Counted from the stretch's first letter, positions 26,182-42,300 are shown. The stretch: 64,000 bases of DNA from Macrostomum lignano (GCA_002269645.1 NIVC01002675.1:1-64000); one strand, 5' to 3'. Program-made: numbers and translations. The notes: generated from the letters alone by a model not told the origin.

Positions 26182-27879
26182 TAGGCTTTAGAAGACTTTA
26201 GTAGAAAATTCTTTTCTTAGAAGGCTGGCTTTAGGCGAAAATATTTCGAGATATGTTTATGAAACTTTTATGTTTAAAAGTAGCAGCGTTAGTGATTTTC
26301 TTTTCGCGTTTCTTTGGCTAGGGCATCGCCCAAAAATTCATCAATTAAAGGATATAAATATCGGCCTCCCCATCTTTTTAAATAATTAAAGACCTTTAGA
26401 AAAATGACACAAAGTATTGTAAAAACGACATAAAAATGTTCAGAGTTGCCTTTATTTTGAAGTTTTTGTAAACAATTGCCTCTGTTGTATTTCTTAGAAG
26501 GACGACGTACATGCAACGTTGTTTTAGTAGTGTATTTTTCGCGTAAGCCAGCCTTCTCTGAAGCAAACGTAACCCATAAGGATCCAATATTCAAAAGGCC
26601 CTAGCATACGCTTCTGGAGGTCACACTCCTTTATTCAGGGGTAGAGCCGTTAGCTTAGCTGATCCACGCCTTTAGGTTGAATAAACAAAGCTATGGCCTT
26701 CAAAAATTTGCGTTGGAAAGACCTAAGATCTTATTTTAAAAAGTTTGAAGAATCAAAAGATTTTAAGCAAAAAATATATCAAGGATACAAGGATACAAGA
26801 TTGCGATTGCATAGCTAATCATCAGCTTAGCCAATTGATTGTTATAATCAGTAAATAGAAAATTCACAAAATTGAATAGCACAAATTGGCTTTTTTTTAT
26901 GATGATCGACTATGAGGATACGATACGGCGTGTATCGTAGCAATTGCTTTACTTTATTATTTATAGATGTCTGTTAGCGTCTAAATGAAGATAAATTCAT
27001 TATTTAATTCGGCCATGCTTTGGTCAAGATAACCTGGCTCCTGTCTTAAGTTTAAGAGTGCCTAAGTGATGAGAATAAGTCAAAGCTGATGAATCCAATC
27101 TAAGTTCCAACTTTCAATTGTCAAACAATTGAAGATTTGAAAAACAGGCCTAGGCCTAAGGCTAAAGAACAAACCACTGAGGATTGAGCCGGGCTCTTAG
27201 ACTTTTCATTAGGCATTAACAGTTTTTAACTGCCACTGACAGTCAGGAGTCAAAGAAATTTTAGAAAACTTATTATTAGGCCAAATATTTATTTAAAAAT
27301 ATTACAATAGTATAATTTTGCTAATAGATGGCATTGTCTTTACAACAATATTGCATTTTGTTTAGGGCCTAGCCTGTTTTCATGGCACTCATTTTTCACA
27401 TAACACTATTGACTATTGTAAATAATCAGTATATTGTCATTATTTACACAATAACTAAAATAAAGATTAGTTTTATTCTTTTATATACTGTGTTGTATTG
27501 TACTTACAGCTATTGTCTAGTTGCATTTAAATGCAAATCTATCCTTTTAATTGTAAATAAGTCATATTCTAATTCCTTTCATACTTTGCAAATTAATTTA
27601 GTACAAATATTATTTTAGTTATTATATAAATAAGGTTGCCAATATGTACATTGTACCATGAAAATAATGACTGCCTTTTTTATTGGTATAGACCTAAAAA
27701 ACTAGCAAGAATTAATCAACCAACTAAAAAAATGTTTTTAATTATTAGCTAACAATCTTTACCCCCCAATGGGAGATATTTAGATAGAATATCTGTTCTT
27801 TAAAAGTAAGAAAGATAGCAAAATAAAGCTTTCACAAAGATAACAGACATTCTATCTAAAAAGAAAACATCCCAAGACA

Positions 27880-28350
27880 GCAAGCATCTTCCCAAATAGC
27901 AAAACCCCATTTGCAAATATGGCAAATACCCTCTTGGCAAGAGCAAGCCTCTTGCTTCCCAAATATCAAGCATCCCCTAGATAGCAAGCATCTCCCAGAT
28001 AGCAAGCATCCCTAGATAGCAAGCATCCCCAGACAGTATGCAAGCATCTCCCAAATATCAAGCATCGCCAAATAGTAAGCATCCCTAGACAGTATGCAAG
28101 CATCTACTAGATAGCAAGCATCTCCCAGGTAGCAAGTATCCCCTAGATAGCAAGCATTTCCCAGATAGCAAGCATCCCCAACTAGCATGCAAGCATCTCC
28201 CAGATAGCAAGCATCCCCCAATAGCAAGTTACCCTAGATAGCAAGCATCCCACCCAATAGCAAGCATCACTCAGATAGCAAACATCCCTTAGATAGCAAG
28301 CATTTCACTAATAGCAATTATCTATCCTTAAATAGCAAGCATCCACTAGA
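27880..28350. repeat. Degenerate 18-19-bp minisatellite (gatagcaagcatccccta)
   Basis: Direct inspection. Confidence 0.9.
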
Positions 28351-28394
28351 CAACAAGTAGCTAGTGCAACAATACCCTTAGCTTTATAGTGGCT

Positions 28395-29895
28395 TCTTTA
28401 TGTTTGGCATGACGCTTCTTTTTATGTTTGAAATGATGTCTCCTTTATGTTTGACATGGTGGCTCTTTAATGTTTGATATGGTAGCTCTTTAATGTTTGA
28501 CATAGTGGCTCTTTAATGTTTGACATGGAGTCACGTATATGTTTGACATAATGCCTCTTTTATGTTCAACATGGTGGCTCTTTTATGTTCAGCATGGTGG
28601 TTCTTTAATGTTTGACATGGTGGCTCTTTAATGTTCAACATGGTGGCTCTTTTATGTTCAACATGGTGGTTCTTTAATGTTTGACTTGGTAGCTCTTTAA
28701 TGTTTGACATGGTGTCTCTTTAATGTTTGACATAGAGTCACACATATGTTTGACATGGTGGCTCTTTTATGTTCAACATGTTGGCTCTTTAATGTTAGGC
28801 ATGGTGGCTCTTTGATGTTTGACATGGTGGCTCTTTGATGTTTGACATGGTGGCTCTTTAATGTTCTACATGGTGGATCTTTAATGTTCAACATGGTGTC
28901 TCTTCAATGTTTGACATGGAGTCACATATATATTTGACATGGTGGATCTTCCATGTTCGAATTGGTGGATCTTTAATTTTCGACATGGTGGCTCTTTAAT
29001 GTTTGACATGGAGTCACATATATGCTTGACATGGTGGTTCTTTTATGTTTGACATAGTGACTCTTTTATGTTCCACATGGTGGCTCAATAATGTTTGACA
29101 TGGTGGCTCAATAATGTTTGACACAGTGGCTCTTTTATGTTTGACATGGTGGCTCTTTCATGTTTGACAATGTTGCTCAATAATGTTTGACATGGTGGCT
29201 CTTTTATGTTTGAAATGGTGGTATTTTTATGTTTGACATGGTGGCTCTTTTATGTTTGACATGGTAGCTCTTTAATGTTTGACATGTTGGCTCTTAAATG
29301 TTTGACATGGAGTCACGTATATGTTTGACATGGCGGCTATTTTATGTTTTCATGGTGGCTCTTTTATGTTTAGCATTTTGTGATTTTAGGGTGTTTTAAT
29401 AAAAAAATTATTTGGCACTACTAAGATTCAAACCCAAGTTGCTACATTAGCAGTCCAGTCTGTTTGCATCTAGGCTATCTCTTTTTAATTGGAAAACATG
29501 AATTGTGGCCCTTATAATTCCATACTTACAGCAAGTCGGTTAGAGTAAAAAGTGATGACATAATCAATTTCTCAGTCAGCCAGTATCAATCTCAATTTAA
29601 GTTAGCAATATGGTTATGCAATTCCAATCAAGTTGTGTGTGCATTTTTTCAACACTGTTTTCAACTTATTGTGATGCAATCTATTTCAGAATCGGAATTC
29701 AACCAGTCAGTTTTTTCTCTAGCATTCTTACAATGCATTTCAAGTCAAAAGAGCTGCTTGACCTTTGCAAAAAAGCATGTTTTTTGAATATTTAATCCCT
29801 TTAACAATATTGAAAATCAGTTGAGCCATTTTTCTGAAATCTATCTCACACATACACACAGACAACTCATTTTTAATATATAGAAGAAGGAGATA
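28395..29895 (+). mobile_element. Helentron/HINE-like non-autonomous element 1: 23-bp array (about 28420-29370) plus conserved end module
   Basis: Monomer acatggtggctctttaatgtttg. End module 29655-29895 is shared with 33085-33373 and ends ttttaatatatagaag. 5' boundary uncertain. Confidence 0.5.
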
Positions 29896-30129
29896 TTATT
29901 ATTTGATTTGTTACAATCAGTGATGGGCACCACTAAAATTATTTTTATTGCCACTAATTAGTGCTGTTGCTAACTGATAGAAGAAAAAAATTAGCAATTG
30001 CTAATAATAGGTGTTATTTCTACTTTAAATTTAGCACAATTTAGCACTGTTAATTTTAAAATGCACTAATTAGTAAATATACTAGCAATCTACGCCCCCC
30101 GTTGGGGAGCCAAAAAATGCAATACACAT

Positions 30130-31000
30130 TTTTTTATAAGCTACATATATCCTTGAAATCTTAAAAAATCTCCTGTCAAACCTTGTAAGCCTTGACATGT
30201 CAATAATTCCCCCCCCACAAGCTTTAACACATCAACTTCCCCCCTTGACATCTCAGCAATGCCCCCAGTCATTATAGCACTACTACAGCATTATAGCGAT
30301 TCCCTGCAAGCCTCGACATCGTAGGGATTCCCAAATGAATCTTTTAACTTCGACATGAAGCTTCTTTTATTTTTTACAATACGCTTTTTTTATCAGCAAT
30401 CCCTCCCCTGAGGAGGCATCAAATAATGTAATAAAAAGTTTTCAATAAACTACATGTAGCTTCTGACTTTAGCCTTGAAATCTCATTTATACCCCCGTGA
30501 GCCTTGACATCTCAGCTATTCCCCCCGTAAGCCTTAACATGTCAGCGATGGCCCCCATAAACCTTGAAATCTAAAAAATCCCCTGTTATTCTGTTAACCT
30601 TGAAACCCGATAAAATATAATCCTCAACCCACACCTGACCTAAACCTAACTTTAACCCAACCTAAAGCCTTGAAATCTCAGCAATTCTTCTCCCCTAAGC
30701 CTTGAAATTTTAGTGATTCCTTCTTTAAGAAACACAGCACTATAACGATTTCCACCAAGCTTTGACATCGTAGCAATTCCCAAATGAATCTTTTAACTTC
30801 GACATGACTTTTCTTTTATGTATACGTAGTGCTACTTTTTTTTACATGACTCTTCTTCTATCAGCGCCCCCCCCCGTGACAAGCCAACAAATAATGCAAT
30901 AAAAAAATTGAGTAAAGTACATGAACTTTGAAGTAGCTTCTGACTTTTGCTTTGACATCTCAGAAACCCCCCCCGTAATGTCAGTTATTCTCTGAGAGCC
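30130..31000. repeat. Degenerate region with ccttgacatctcagcaat motifs and an internal duplication of about 470-bp period
   Basis: attcccaaatgaatcttttaacttcgacatga and gtagcttctgacttt each occur twice (about 30325/30775 and 30455/30933). Confidence 0.7.
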
Positions 31001-31049
31001 TTTACGTCTCAGTTTTTCTCCCCAGCACAGCATTATAGCTTCATTTAAT

Positions 31050-33373
31050 TTTTACATGACACCCTTCATGTCTAACATGACGCTTCTTTTATTCTACCAT
31101 GATGCTTCTTAATTTTTTAAATGACACTTTCATTAGTTTTTAAATGAGGCTTCTATGATTTTTTCTTGACGCTTCTATGATTTTTATATGACGCTTCTAT
31201 GATTTTTATATGACGCTTCTATGCTTTTTACATGACGCTTCTACGATTTTTTACATGACGCTTCTATGATTTTTTACATGACACTTCTATGATTGTTTAC
31301 ATAACGCTTCTATGATTGTTACATGACGCTTCTATGATTGTTTACATGACGCTTCTATGATTGTTTACATGACGCTTCTATGATATTTTACATAACGCTT
31401 CTATGATTGTTACATGACGCTTCTATGATTGTTTACATGACGCTTCTCTGATTTTTTACATGACGCTTCTATGATTGTTTACATGACGCTTCTATGATTG
31501 TTTACATGACGCTTCTATGATTGTTTACATAACGCTCCTATGATATTTTACATGACGCTTCTATGATATTTTACATAACGCTTCTATGATTTTTTACATG
31601 ACACTTCTATGATTTTTTAAATGACGCTTCTATGATTTTTTAGATGACGCTTCTATGATTTTTTTACATGGCGCTTCTATGATTGTTTACATGACGCTTC
31701 TATGATTGTTTACATGACGCTTCTCTGATTTTTTACATGACGCTTCTATGATTGTTTACATGACGCTTCTATGATTGTTTACATGACGCTTCTATGATTG
31801 TTTACATGACGCTCCTATGATATTTTACATGACGCTTTTATGATTTTTTACATGACACTTCTATGATTTTTTAAATGACGCTTCCATGATTTTTTAGATG
31901 ACGCTTCTATGATTGTTGAAATGACGCATCTATGATTTTTATATGACGCTTCTATGATTTTTTTAAATGACGCTTCTATGATTTTTTTAAATGACGCTTC
32001 TATGATTTTTATATGACGCTTCTACGATTTTTATATGACGCTTCCCGTCGCTTCTATGATTGTTTACATGACGCTTCTATGATTTTTATATGACGCTTCT
32101 CTGATTTTTTACATGACGCTTTTATGATTGTTTACATGACACTTCTATGATTTGTTACATGACGCTTCTATGATTGTTACATGACGCTTCTATGATTGTT
32201 TACATGACGCTTCTCTGATTTTTTACATGACGCTTCTATGGTTGTTTACATGACGCTTCTATGATTGTTTACATGACGCTCCTATGATTTTTTACATGAC
32301 GCTTCTACGATTTTTTACATGACGCTTCTATGATTTTTTGCATGACGCTTCTACGATTTTTACATGACGCTTCTATGACTTTTTTAAATGACGCTTCTAT
32401 GATTTTTATATGACGCTTCTACGATTTTTATATGACGCTTCCCGTCGCTTCTATGATTTTTTACATGACGCTTCTATGATTGTTTACATGACGCTTCTAT
32501 GATTGTTTACATGACGCTTCTATGATTTTTAACATGACGCTCCTATGATATTTTACATGACGCTTCTATGATTTTTTACATGACACTTCTATGATTTTTT
32601 AAATGACGCTTCCATGATTTTTTAGATGACGCTTCTATGATTGTTGATATGACGCATCTATGATTTTTATATGACGCTTCTATGATTTTTAAATGACGCT
32701 TTTATGATTGTTTACATGACGCTTCTATGATTTTTTAAATGACGCTTTTATGATTGTTTACATGACGCTTCTCTGATTTTTTACATGACACTTCTATGAT
32801 TGTTTACATGACGCTTCTATGATTTTTAAATGACGCTACTACGATTTTTACATGACGCTTCTATGACTTTTTTAAATGACGCTTCTATGATTTTTATATG
32901 ACGCTTCTACGATTTTTTACATGACGCTTCTATGATTTTTTTATGACGCTTTTATGACTTTTACATGACGCTTCTATGATTGTTTACATGACGCTTCCAT
33001 GATTGTTTACATGACGTAATTTAAATCAAGTCTGGTGCTACGCTTCCACACTGCATTTTCAATTCAAGTCGGAGTTACAATTCAGTTATGATGCAATCTA
33101 TTCAGAATCAGAATTCAACCAGTCAGTTTTTTCTCTTGCATTCTTACAATGCATTTCAAGTCGAAAAGTTTGCTTGACCTTTGCAAAAAAGCATGTTTTT
33201 CGAATATTAAATGCCTTTAGCATCGAGCAATTTCTTAGCCACGATGCATGTACCGTCACGGAAAAATTTCTGATCGAACAGTGCAAGTTCGAACAAAATC
33301 GGTCCAGCCATTTTTTCTCTAATCGATCACATAGATAGATAGACACAGACAGACCATTTTTAGTATATAGGAT
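31050..33373 (+). mobile_element. Helentron/HINE-like non-autonomous element 2: about 2-kb 22-23-bp array plus end module
   Basis: Monomer acatgacgcttctatgattgttt (31050-33017). End module with aaatcggtccagccatttt, gatagatagacacagacagac and ttttagtatataggat. Confidence 0.55.
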
Positions 33374-34487
33374 AATATAAACTGCCATTTTATATGTTAT
33401 TATGCATTTTTGCATATTTTAAATGAATAAGCTAATAATGCTATTGCTAATAATTTGTTTTTATTAACAATCCTAATAAAAAATCCTTTAGCCGCTGAAC
33501 TGTCAGAGCAACAGTTGGTAGAAAGGACAAAGAGTTCCTAAATTACAATGCTATTTACCTTGAAAAATGTCAAGCTCTATTGCTACCGGGGCCATGGCCT
33601 TTATATACACAAGAAGGAAGGGAAGATTATCAGCTTGAAATGGTGCTACAGGATTTCTAAATCCCATCATCACCCTGTTGATAGCCTGTTGCTTATAGTG
33701 GCAACTCTCTTCTTCATATTAACTTTAACATCATTAAAAACAGACAATGGAAACAAAAGTTATGAACTAAAATGTAGCAGGACCTTGACCATAGACTTAC
33801 AGTAATTTGACAAGCTAGTAATGATGCTAAAGTTAATATGTAGAATAGAGTTGCCACTATAAATCTGTGCAAAATGATGTTATTTGGATCAGCAAAATAA
33901 GACATGTAGTGAAAAGTAACACTACTTTTGGGATACCCCTCACAATTAGCAATTATTATCAATTATTCTATATTGTAGCACACTAGAAATATGAAATGAA
34001 TCAGATAACAAAACAAACCTCCAAAGAAGTTCATTTTCAATGCATTACTATTGCAAATTTTAAGTGCTTTGAATCTAGAGCTGTGCATTGAGTTGATTGC
34101 ATAGACTATTAAAGAAGGATGCAACATTCAAAATCCATGGAAAATGTTTTAATGGCCATTTTTGCTATGCTATAAAAATATAAAACAGAGATAGAAAGTT
34201 TTCATTTTTCAGTAGAAATATTGTTATTGCTTTCGATTGGAAGCAGACCCAAGGTTCATCTTTTGTTATGTTGTGCCTTTCTTATAGCTCTATTGATCTT
34301 CATAAAGCTTTTTGTGCTGAAAAATGACATCTTCCTATCTCTGTAGTGTATTTTTGGCAGAAAGTGGCCTTCAAAACTTTTTCATAAAACAAAAGTGTTG
34401 CGTCTTGTATATAAATTGCTTTAGTTGTCCTTGGTTGATTGTTTATTTATGCCAATTTCATTCACCGAAACCCGCTGCCCAGCTAAC

Positions 34488-34760
34488 ATGGCCTACCGCC
34501 CTCAACGAGTGCAGAAGACGCAGGTGCTGCCAATCTCGCTGATATTCCGCTTCCTGCAGAGCCAGGCCAGAGTCCAGGTGTGGCTCTATGAGCAGGTGAA
34601 CGTGCGCATCGAGGGCCGCATCCTGGGTTTCGACGAGTTCATGAACATCGTGATGGACGACGCCGAAGAGGTGCACCTCAAGAGCAGAGGTCGAAAGCGC
34701 ATCGGGCGAATTCTGCTCAAAGGCGACACCATAACACTCATTCAGGAGGCCCTTCAGTAG
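34488..34760 (+). CDS. SNRPE: Sm protein E homolog (90 aa), intronless and divergent
   Basis: MAYR...LIFRFLQ...VQVWLYEQ...[18 protein letters not shown]...[11 protein letters not shown]: Sm1 and Sm2 motifs of SmE. Confidence 0.93.
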   Translation: MAYRPQRVQKTQVLPISLIFRFLQSQARVQVWLYEQVNVRIEGRILGFDEFMNIVMDDAEEVHLKSRGRKRIGRILLKGDTITLIQEALQ

Positions 34761-35519
34761 TCTGTCTAGCGTATCTGCATTCTTTTTCCTGTCCGCTTTG
34801 TACTTTTTATTTAACAAACAGCAAATACCGTTTTGGCATTTTGTTCAGTCTGTTTGAAATTGTCAACAGCCGGTGACTTGATGACTAATCAGGTGGCAAA
34901 ATTAATTAAATATACAGCTAGGTAACAACTTCATACACTTATTTTGCTGCACCAAGTATAGTGCTAAAATCATCAACAATCTTTTAAGTCTGCTTAATTT
35001 ATTCTGTTTATATTAAAAGGTGGCGTCAAGATTATAACAAATCGCTTATTATCGCTAAAACAAAACTTGCTTCGTGGATAGTGCGCAAGTGTCTTAGTTG
35101 CTAGCTAAAGTGCCAGAGAAGTGGATTCACTCAGAAAAAAACTAAGAATGTTTATCGGCATAATGGCATGCTACAAGTTGAGCAATTCACATGCTGAGTT
35201 ACTTAGTGGGCGCCTCGTCTCAAATCAATTAGTCTAATTCGTTGCTTGCATCAATGTATGCTCTCAATAAACACACAAATAACAAAAACAGGGTCGTCAC
35301 ACAGGGAAAAGCAATGTGGAAGAAAGTAGACGGAGATCCGCAGTGACCCGCTACTGCAGCTGAACTTTTGCATCGTAAGTGAAAAAAACATTCTCGAACG
35401 ATTTCAATAATTGCACGAGAGAAGCTGAGGCTTGAGAAATTTTTTATTCGCTAATGAACAACAGCCAGTTGTATTGAAGAGATTGAGATCGAATGATGTG
35501 GGGGATTAAGTCGATGAGA

Positions 35520-36394
35520 TTACAGCTTGCCGCAGGCGGCCACTCGTTGCGCCAGGAGTTCGGCCGCTTCGGCGGGTGTCCGGTCAGCCAACAGCCGGCA
35601 GGCGGTGGCCATGTCCAGCTCGATGGCGCGGCGCAACTCGTCGAGGCCGCCGGGGAAGTTGCGCTCGTCGCGCAGTCGATGGGTGGCCAGGCACAGCAGC
35701 CGCCTGCCGTACAGGTCGCCCTGCAGGGGGAGAGCAGCTTGCAGGCTGGAGTCATGTGCGAGTGTCTGTGGTGGGGGGCTTAGGGGTGAGTGCGTTTGTC
35801 AGCTTAAGGGCGTCTTAGGCGGGGCTTTGGGGCAACTGCATGGCTTAGACGGGCTTAGAGGAGAGTGTTTTTTTGGGACGACTGGCTTAGGGGCTAATCT
35901 TAATTTTATGAAGAAGAGATTCTTACGGTATCAAAGGGGCGATTTTCAGGTTGTTTTAGGAGCAAATCGCAAAATAATTTCGTATTATCAATGCTCATGG
36001 TGATTTAATATAAGTAAATTCTTAAGCTGCTTGAGGCGAGAAGGTTCAAATTAGCAGCATTTTAAACAAGCGAAGGTCCCACCTCGCACTGAAGTCCTAT
36101 CAGGTGCACCTCGAACAGCGGCTTGTCCAAGCCGAACTGCGGATTGACGCCCCAGCTGAGCACGGCCCGGTGCGGCTCTCCTATCGAATCAGCGTCGCCC
36201 TCGCCAGCCAGGGCCGCCCAGCCGCAGAAGACGCCGAACTGTGAGGGTCTGCCGCCAGGCGTCAGCGTCTCGGCCGGCATGTTGGCAGTTGGACAGCCGA
36301 GCGCCCGGCCGCGACGAAAGCCAGGGACAACCCGGCCAGACAGCAGGAAGGGGGAGTCCAGGCTGCGCTGGCCCGAGTGAAGCTCGGCGGCATC
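35520..36394 (-). CDS. RFK: Riboflavin kinase; start codon unresolved (candidate ATG near 36469 with a weak donor)
   Basis: Exons 36083-36394 and 35520-35720 (phase 0). GRVV.G...GRALGCPTAN, GVFCGW, GVNP, catalytic EVH, DLYG and LRDERNF motifs. Confidence 0.88.
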
Positions 36395-38857
36395 CTGGAG
36401 TTGAGTCAAGATTGTCTATTAATGAGTCACGAGTATTCAGACTCGATTCTGCGCGCAGTGCGGTGACATGAACAGCAAAACCATCCACCCTGACATTTTT
36501 TTGCATACAAAGTTAAAGAACAAGGCCTAAAATTTTGTTGCGCACCCTTCTCAAACAAGAATCAAGTCGCCAGCCCTCTAGACTGTCGGGATATTCAACA
36601 ATTCTGCCAGAAGGTCGGATTATTCCCATAAGCGCTAGTGTATTCAGTAAACCCAGGGTGCCAATTAGCACTGCGCCTCTGTGCAGATTTTCTAAGCCTC
36701 CAAACTTCATCAGCATGTTAACTACGTAAGTCTGTATCAGCTGTGACTGGCCTTCACCTAGACAGAGCTTCTGGACCTTCAACAGGTGGCAGTGGCACCA
36801 GGTGACTATAGATAGCAATTTTTTTAATTGTGTAAGGGGCTGGCAATTTATTCTTGTCTGAGGTGTGCAATAAAAATTTGAAGTCATATTCTTTAATTTT
36901 TGTAAATCTTGAAAGCTCCATTCTAGCATAGCAAAAAAACTTGTTAGAAGGGAATATTGGCCCCTCTGGTAGTTCAACAGGAAGAAAAATTAATTGTTAT
37001 TACCATATAATGTTTTTATATAATTCTAGCCCATGAGAGCTAACTGCCAAAGTAGGCTGCTATACAACTTGTGCATATGTGTGTGTGTGAATGTTCAAAT
37101 GTTAATAGAAAGAGGGTTATTTCTTGATTGCTAATAGGCTATATAGTTTACTATATCCTATAGTATGCCTTTGTTAAAAGCAAACAATAACTGCTTAATA
37201 AACTATAATTGTTTTCATGTTCTTACTTTCTATAGTATTAACATATTTCAAACTTCAATATATATAAAAAATATATAAAAATGTTAAAGCAAGAAACTAT
37301 GTATTAATATTAATAATGACTATCATAATATAATATATAATATAATTTTAGCAGTGTTGATTACAACGGAAAATTTTACAATTTCTAATGTCAAGTCCAG
37401 TATGAGTTAGTAGTCACAAAATCCAGTTGCTAGTTTAATAATTTAGTAATACCAGCTATTAATTAAGTTATACTACATAGTAGCAAGAAATTTGTGAACA
37501 ATTGTCAATTTGCCTAACTGGCTACTGCTAACATTTCTATTATGCTTTCACCCTGATTTTTTATAAAGCTTAGTAGTCATCTACTTATGGTATAGTTAAT
37601 TATTTTTATATTATTTCATCAGCTAATTTTTCTGGAAGAATACTGGTTTTAAATTAATTTTCGATAGCAACTTTAATTTCGACAGCTAATTGTAATACTA
37701 ATTGTAATACTAATTGTAATATAAATCTTTTATTTATTATTAGGAATTAAAAATAGTTGCGATTTAGCTAGGATTAAAAAATGTAAAAATGCGAAAGAGA
37801 AGTAAGAGTGTGAAATACGATTGAACATTTTAATATCTTTTAAATCATTCGGTTTCAAGTCCTTTGATTGTAGGTTCACGATCCTATTCACTACTTTCGC
37901 AGAATTTTATGTATTTAAAATGAGACTGCAGCAAAACTCTGAATTTATTTATATTTTACAACTCTTAGAATTCTTAAAACGTAAGCTGCTCCTTAGTATA
38001 GACGGTAAGCACAATTATTGCGTTCCTTTCTATGAGTTTACAAGTTATATTGTTATAGTTTTTCCTTCTGACAGTTTCTGGCGCCATGACAACACGTCAC
38101 CGCGAATTTCAAAATGCTGAGAGGGATTGCATTTAACAACCCTACTTTATAACTGAAGTAGCCGACTTGTTATTGTGACCGAACCGAAAGCGTTAAAATC
38201 AGTTCTGTAAAGAGTCTTAGGTTCCCTGCAAACCAAAATTTCTTCTACTTCTAATAAATCCAAATACTTCTTTCCTAATCAAATAATATCTGAAATTTCG
38301 TTGCTAAGCCCGTCCTTTTCATTTTTTGCATCGAGTGAAAGCAATATAAGAGTAACCAGCTTAAACTAAGCATATTAAAAATATTTGTTTTAAAGAAACT
38401 TAGCTAGACAAGTACCTCTACAATTTAGGACAATTTTGGATACTGTATCTAGAATATGGAGGATCTGCAGAAAGCTAGTTGCCATCTTTTTTGGATACTT
38501 TTGTATAAAGAAAAAAATTAAATTCATGTTTTTTTTAACCATTCTTTCATTAACATAGGAATTACATATAGCACCTCGTTAATCAGTATTTGTTTTACAT
38601 TTCTTTATGCAATGGCATTGTGGTGGAACAATACAATAAATTATTGGTTAAAGTATTTATTTTAAAGTTCAAGTGCCAGGAACAATATTGCTTCGTTTTT
38701 AATGTATTTCAAGTTAAATTTTTTTAGTCAAACCTTGTCTAAGGCAAAATAATATGCCTAATTTTATAAAAGGAAGTGAGTTTTCAATGGATATGCTGAT
38801 ATTCAGAAAATCTTTCATCTGCATGATTGTCCAACCATCCCTCTAAAAGCAGCAATT

Positions 38858-40891
<2,034 letters not shown>

Positions 40892-41780
40892 GCACTGCGG
40901 GACCCGGCCGCCTGATGACTTGGCCATCTCCGACTGAACCAGCCTCATCTCTCTGTCTGTTTCTTCGGCCACGCACCCTCCGGGACCCTTCAGAATGCGT
41001 AAATTACTAAGTAAAGCAGCGCTCTTTGACTCAACCAAATTTTCACATTGAGACTGACTGTCGAGTACAAATTAATTAAATAATTTTCCTCGCTTTCTTT
41101 CTTTGTTTATCTTTGTTTATCTGCTTTAAGACTTTTTTTCAAATTATTTTAGCCGCTAGAACTATGAACCAAGACCAGTCCGTCCCGTACTCTGATGACA
41201 TGCCGTAAGTTTAGAGCACCCTGCTCATGAGCGGTGTTCGAAGTCCTGTACTGCTGCTGTGCGTTCAAAGTTTAAAAACAGTTTTTTGTTATAATGCTTT
41301 ATTTTCCGGATTTGTGAATTTGTTGATCCCCGTATAGATTTGGAAAATCCATTCTCAATATTCTACTCTAAGTAATATTTTGCTTTATCGTTTCTAAACT
41401 TATTTTTTCTGTTCGATAAATAAAAATTTGAGGACTTTGCGGGTTTCTAAATTAGTTCTGTACTTAATAAATAACAAAATAAAAAAAATTGATATCACAG
41501 AGCTGCTCTGCATGAATGGTTGGCTAAAAATTTCTTTATAAATTTATTTTAATTAAAAATTTTAAGAATTCTGTCCTTTTGATTGACTTACCGCTCGCTT
41601 ACGCTGGCTGTCTGCTTGCCAGGTGGCTCTGTGTACTAACCGCGGCCATAGCAGCTTAACTTACTTTTAATGGTTTATTAGTATCAGTGCATGCCTAGTT
41701 ATGCACATTGCTCACAACACAAGAACTTAATGGCTCTTCGACAGCTAGTTTTAACAGCTGAGCCGGGACCTCACCTGCAG

Positions 41781-42247
41781 ACTGACTGACTGACTGACTG
41801 ACTCACTCGCTCACTCACTCACTCACTCACTTACTCACTCACTCACTCACTCACTCACTTACTCACTCACTCACTCACTCACTCACTCACTCACTCACTC
41901 ACTCACTCACTCACTCTCTCACTCACTCACTCAGTCACTCACTCACTCACTCACTCTCTCACTCACTCACTCAGTCACTCACTCACTCACTCACTCTCTC
42001 ACTCACTCACTCACTCACTCACTCTCTCACTCACTCACTCACTCACTCACTCACTCACTCACTCACTCACTCACTCACTCACTCACTCACTCACTCACTC
42101 ACTCACTCACTCACTCACTCACTCACTCACTCACTCACTCACTCACTCACTCTCTCACTCACTCACTCACTCACTCACTCACTCTCTCACTCACTCACTC
42201 ACTCTCTCACTCACTCACTCACTCACTCACTCTCTCTCTCTCACTCA
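41781..42247. repeat. (ACTC)n microsatellite; duplicated at 44754-45220
   Basis: Direct inspection; lies just downstream of the lectin stop codon. Confidence 0.95.
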
Positions 42248-42300
42248 TGAATAAACTTGCTATAGAAGTGAGTTATTCGTCTGCAGGCAGGAGAACAGCT

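Noticed and set aside
36513-36977. 154-aa ORF upstream of RFK as a fused FAD-synthetase or HAD domain
   Set aside because: No HxGH or HAD motifs, AT-richer codon usage and no convincing splice path; left unassigned.
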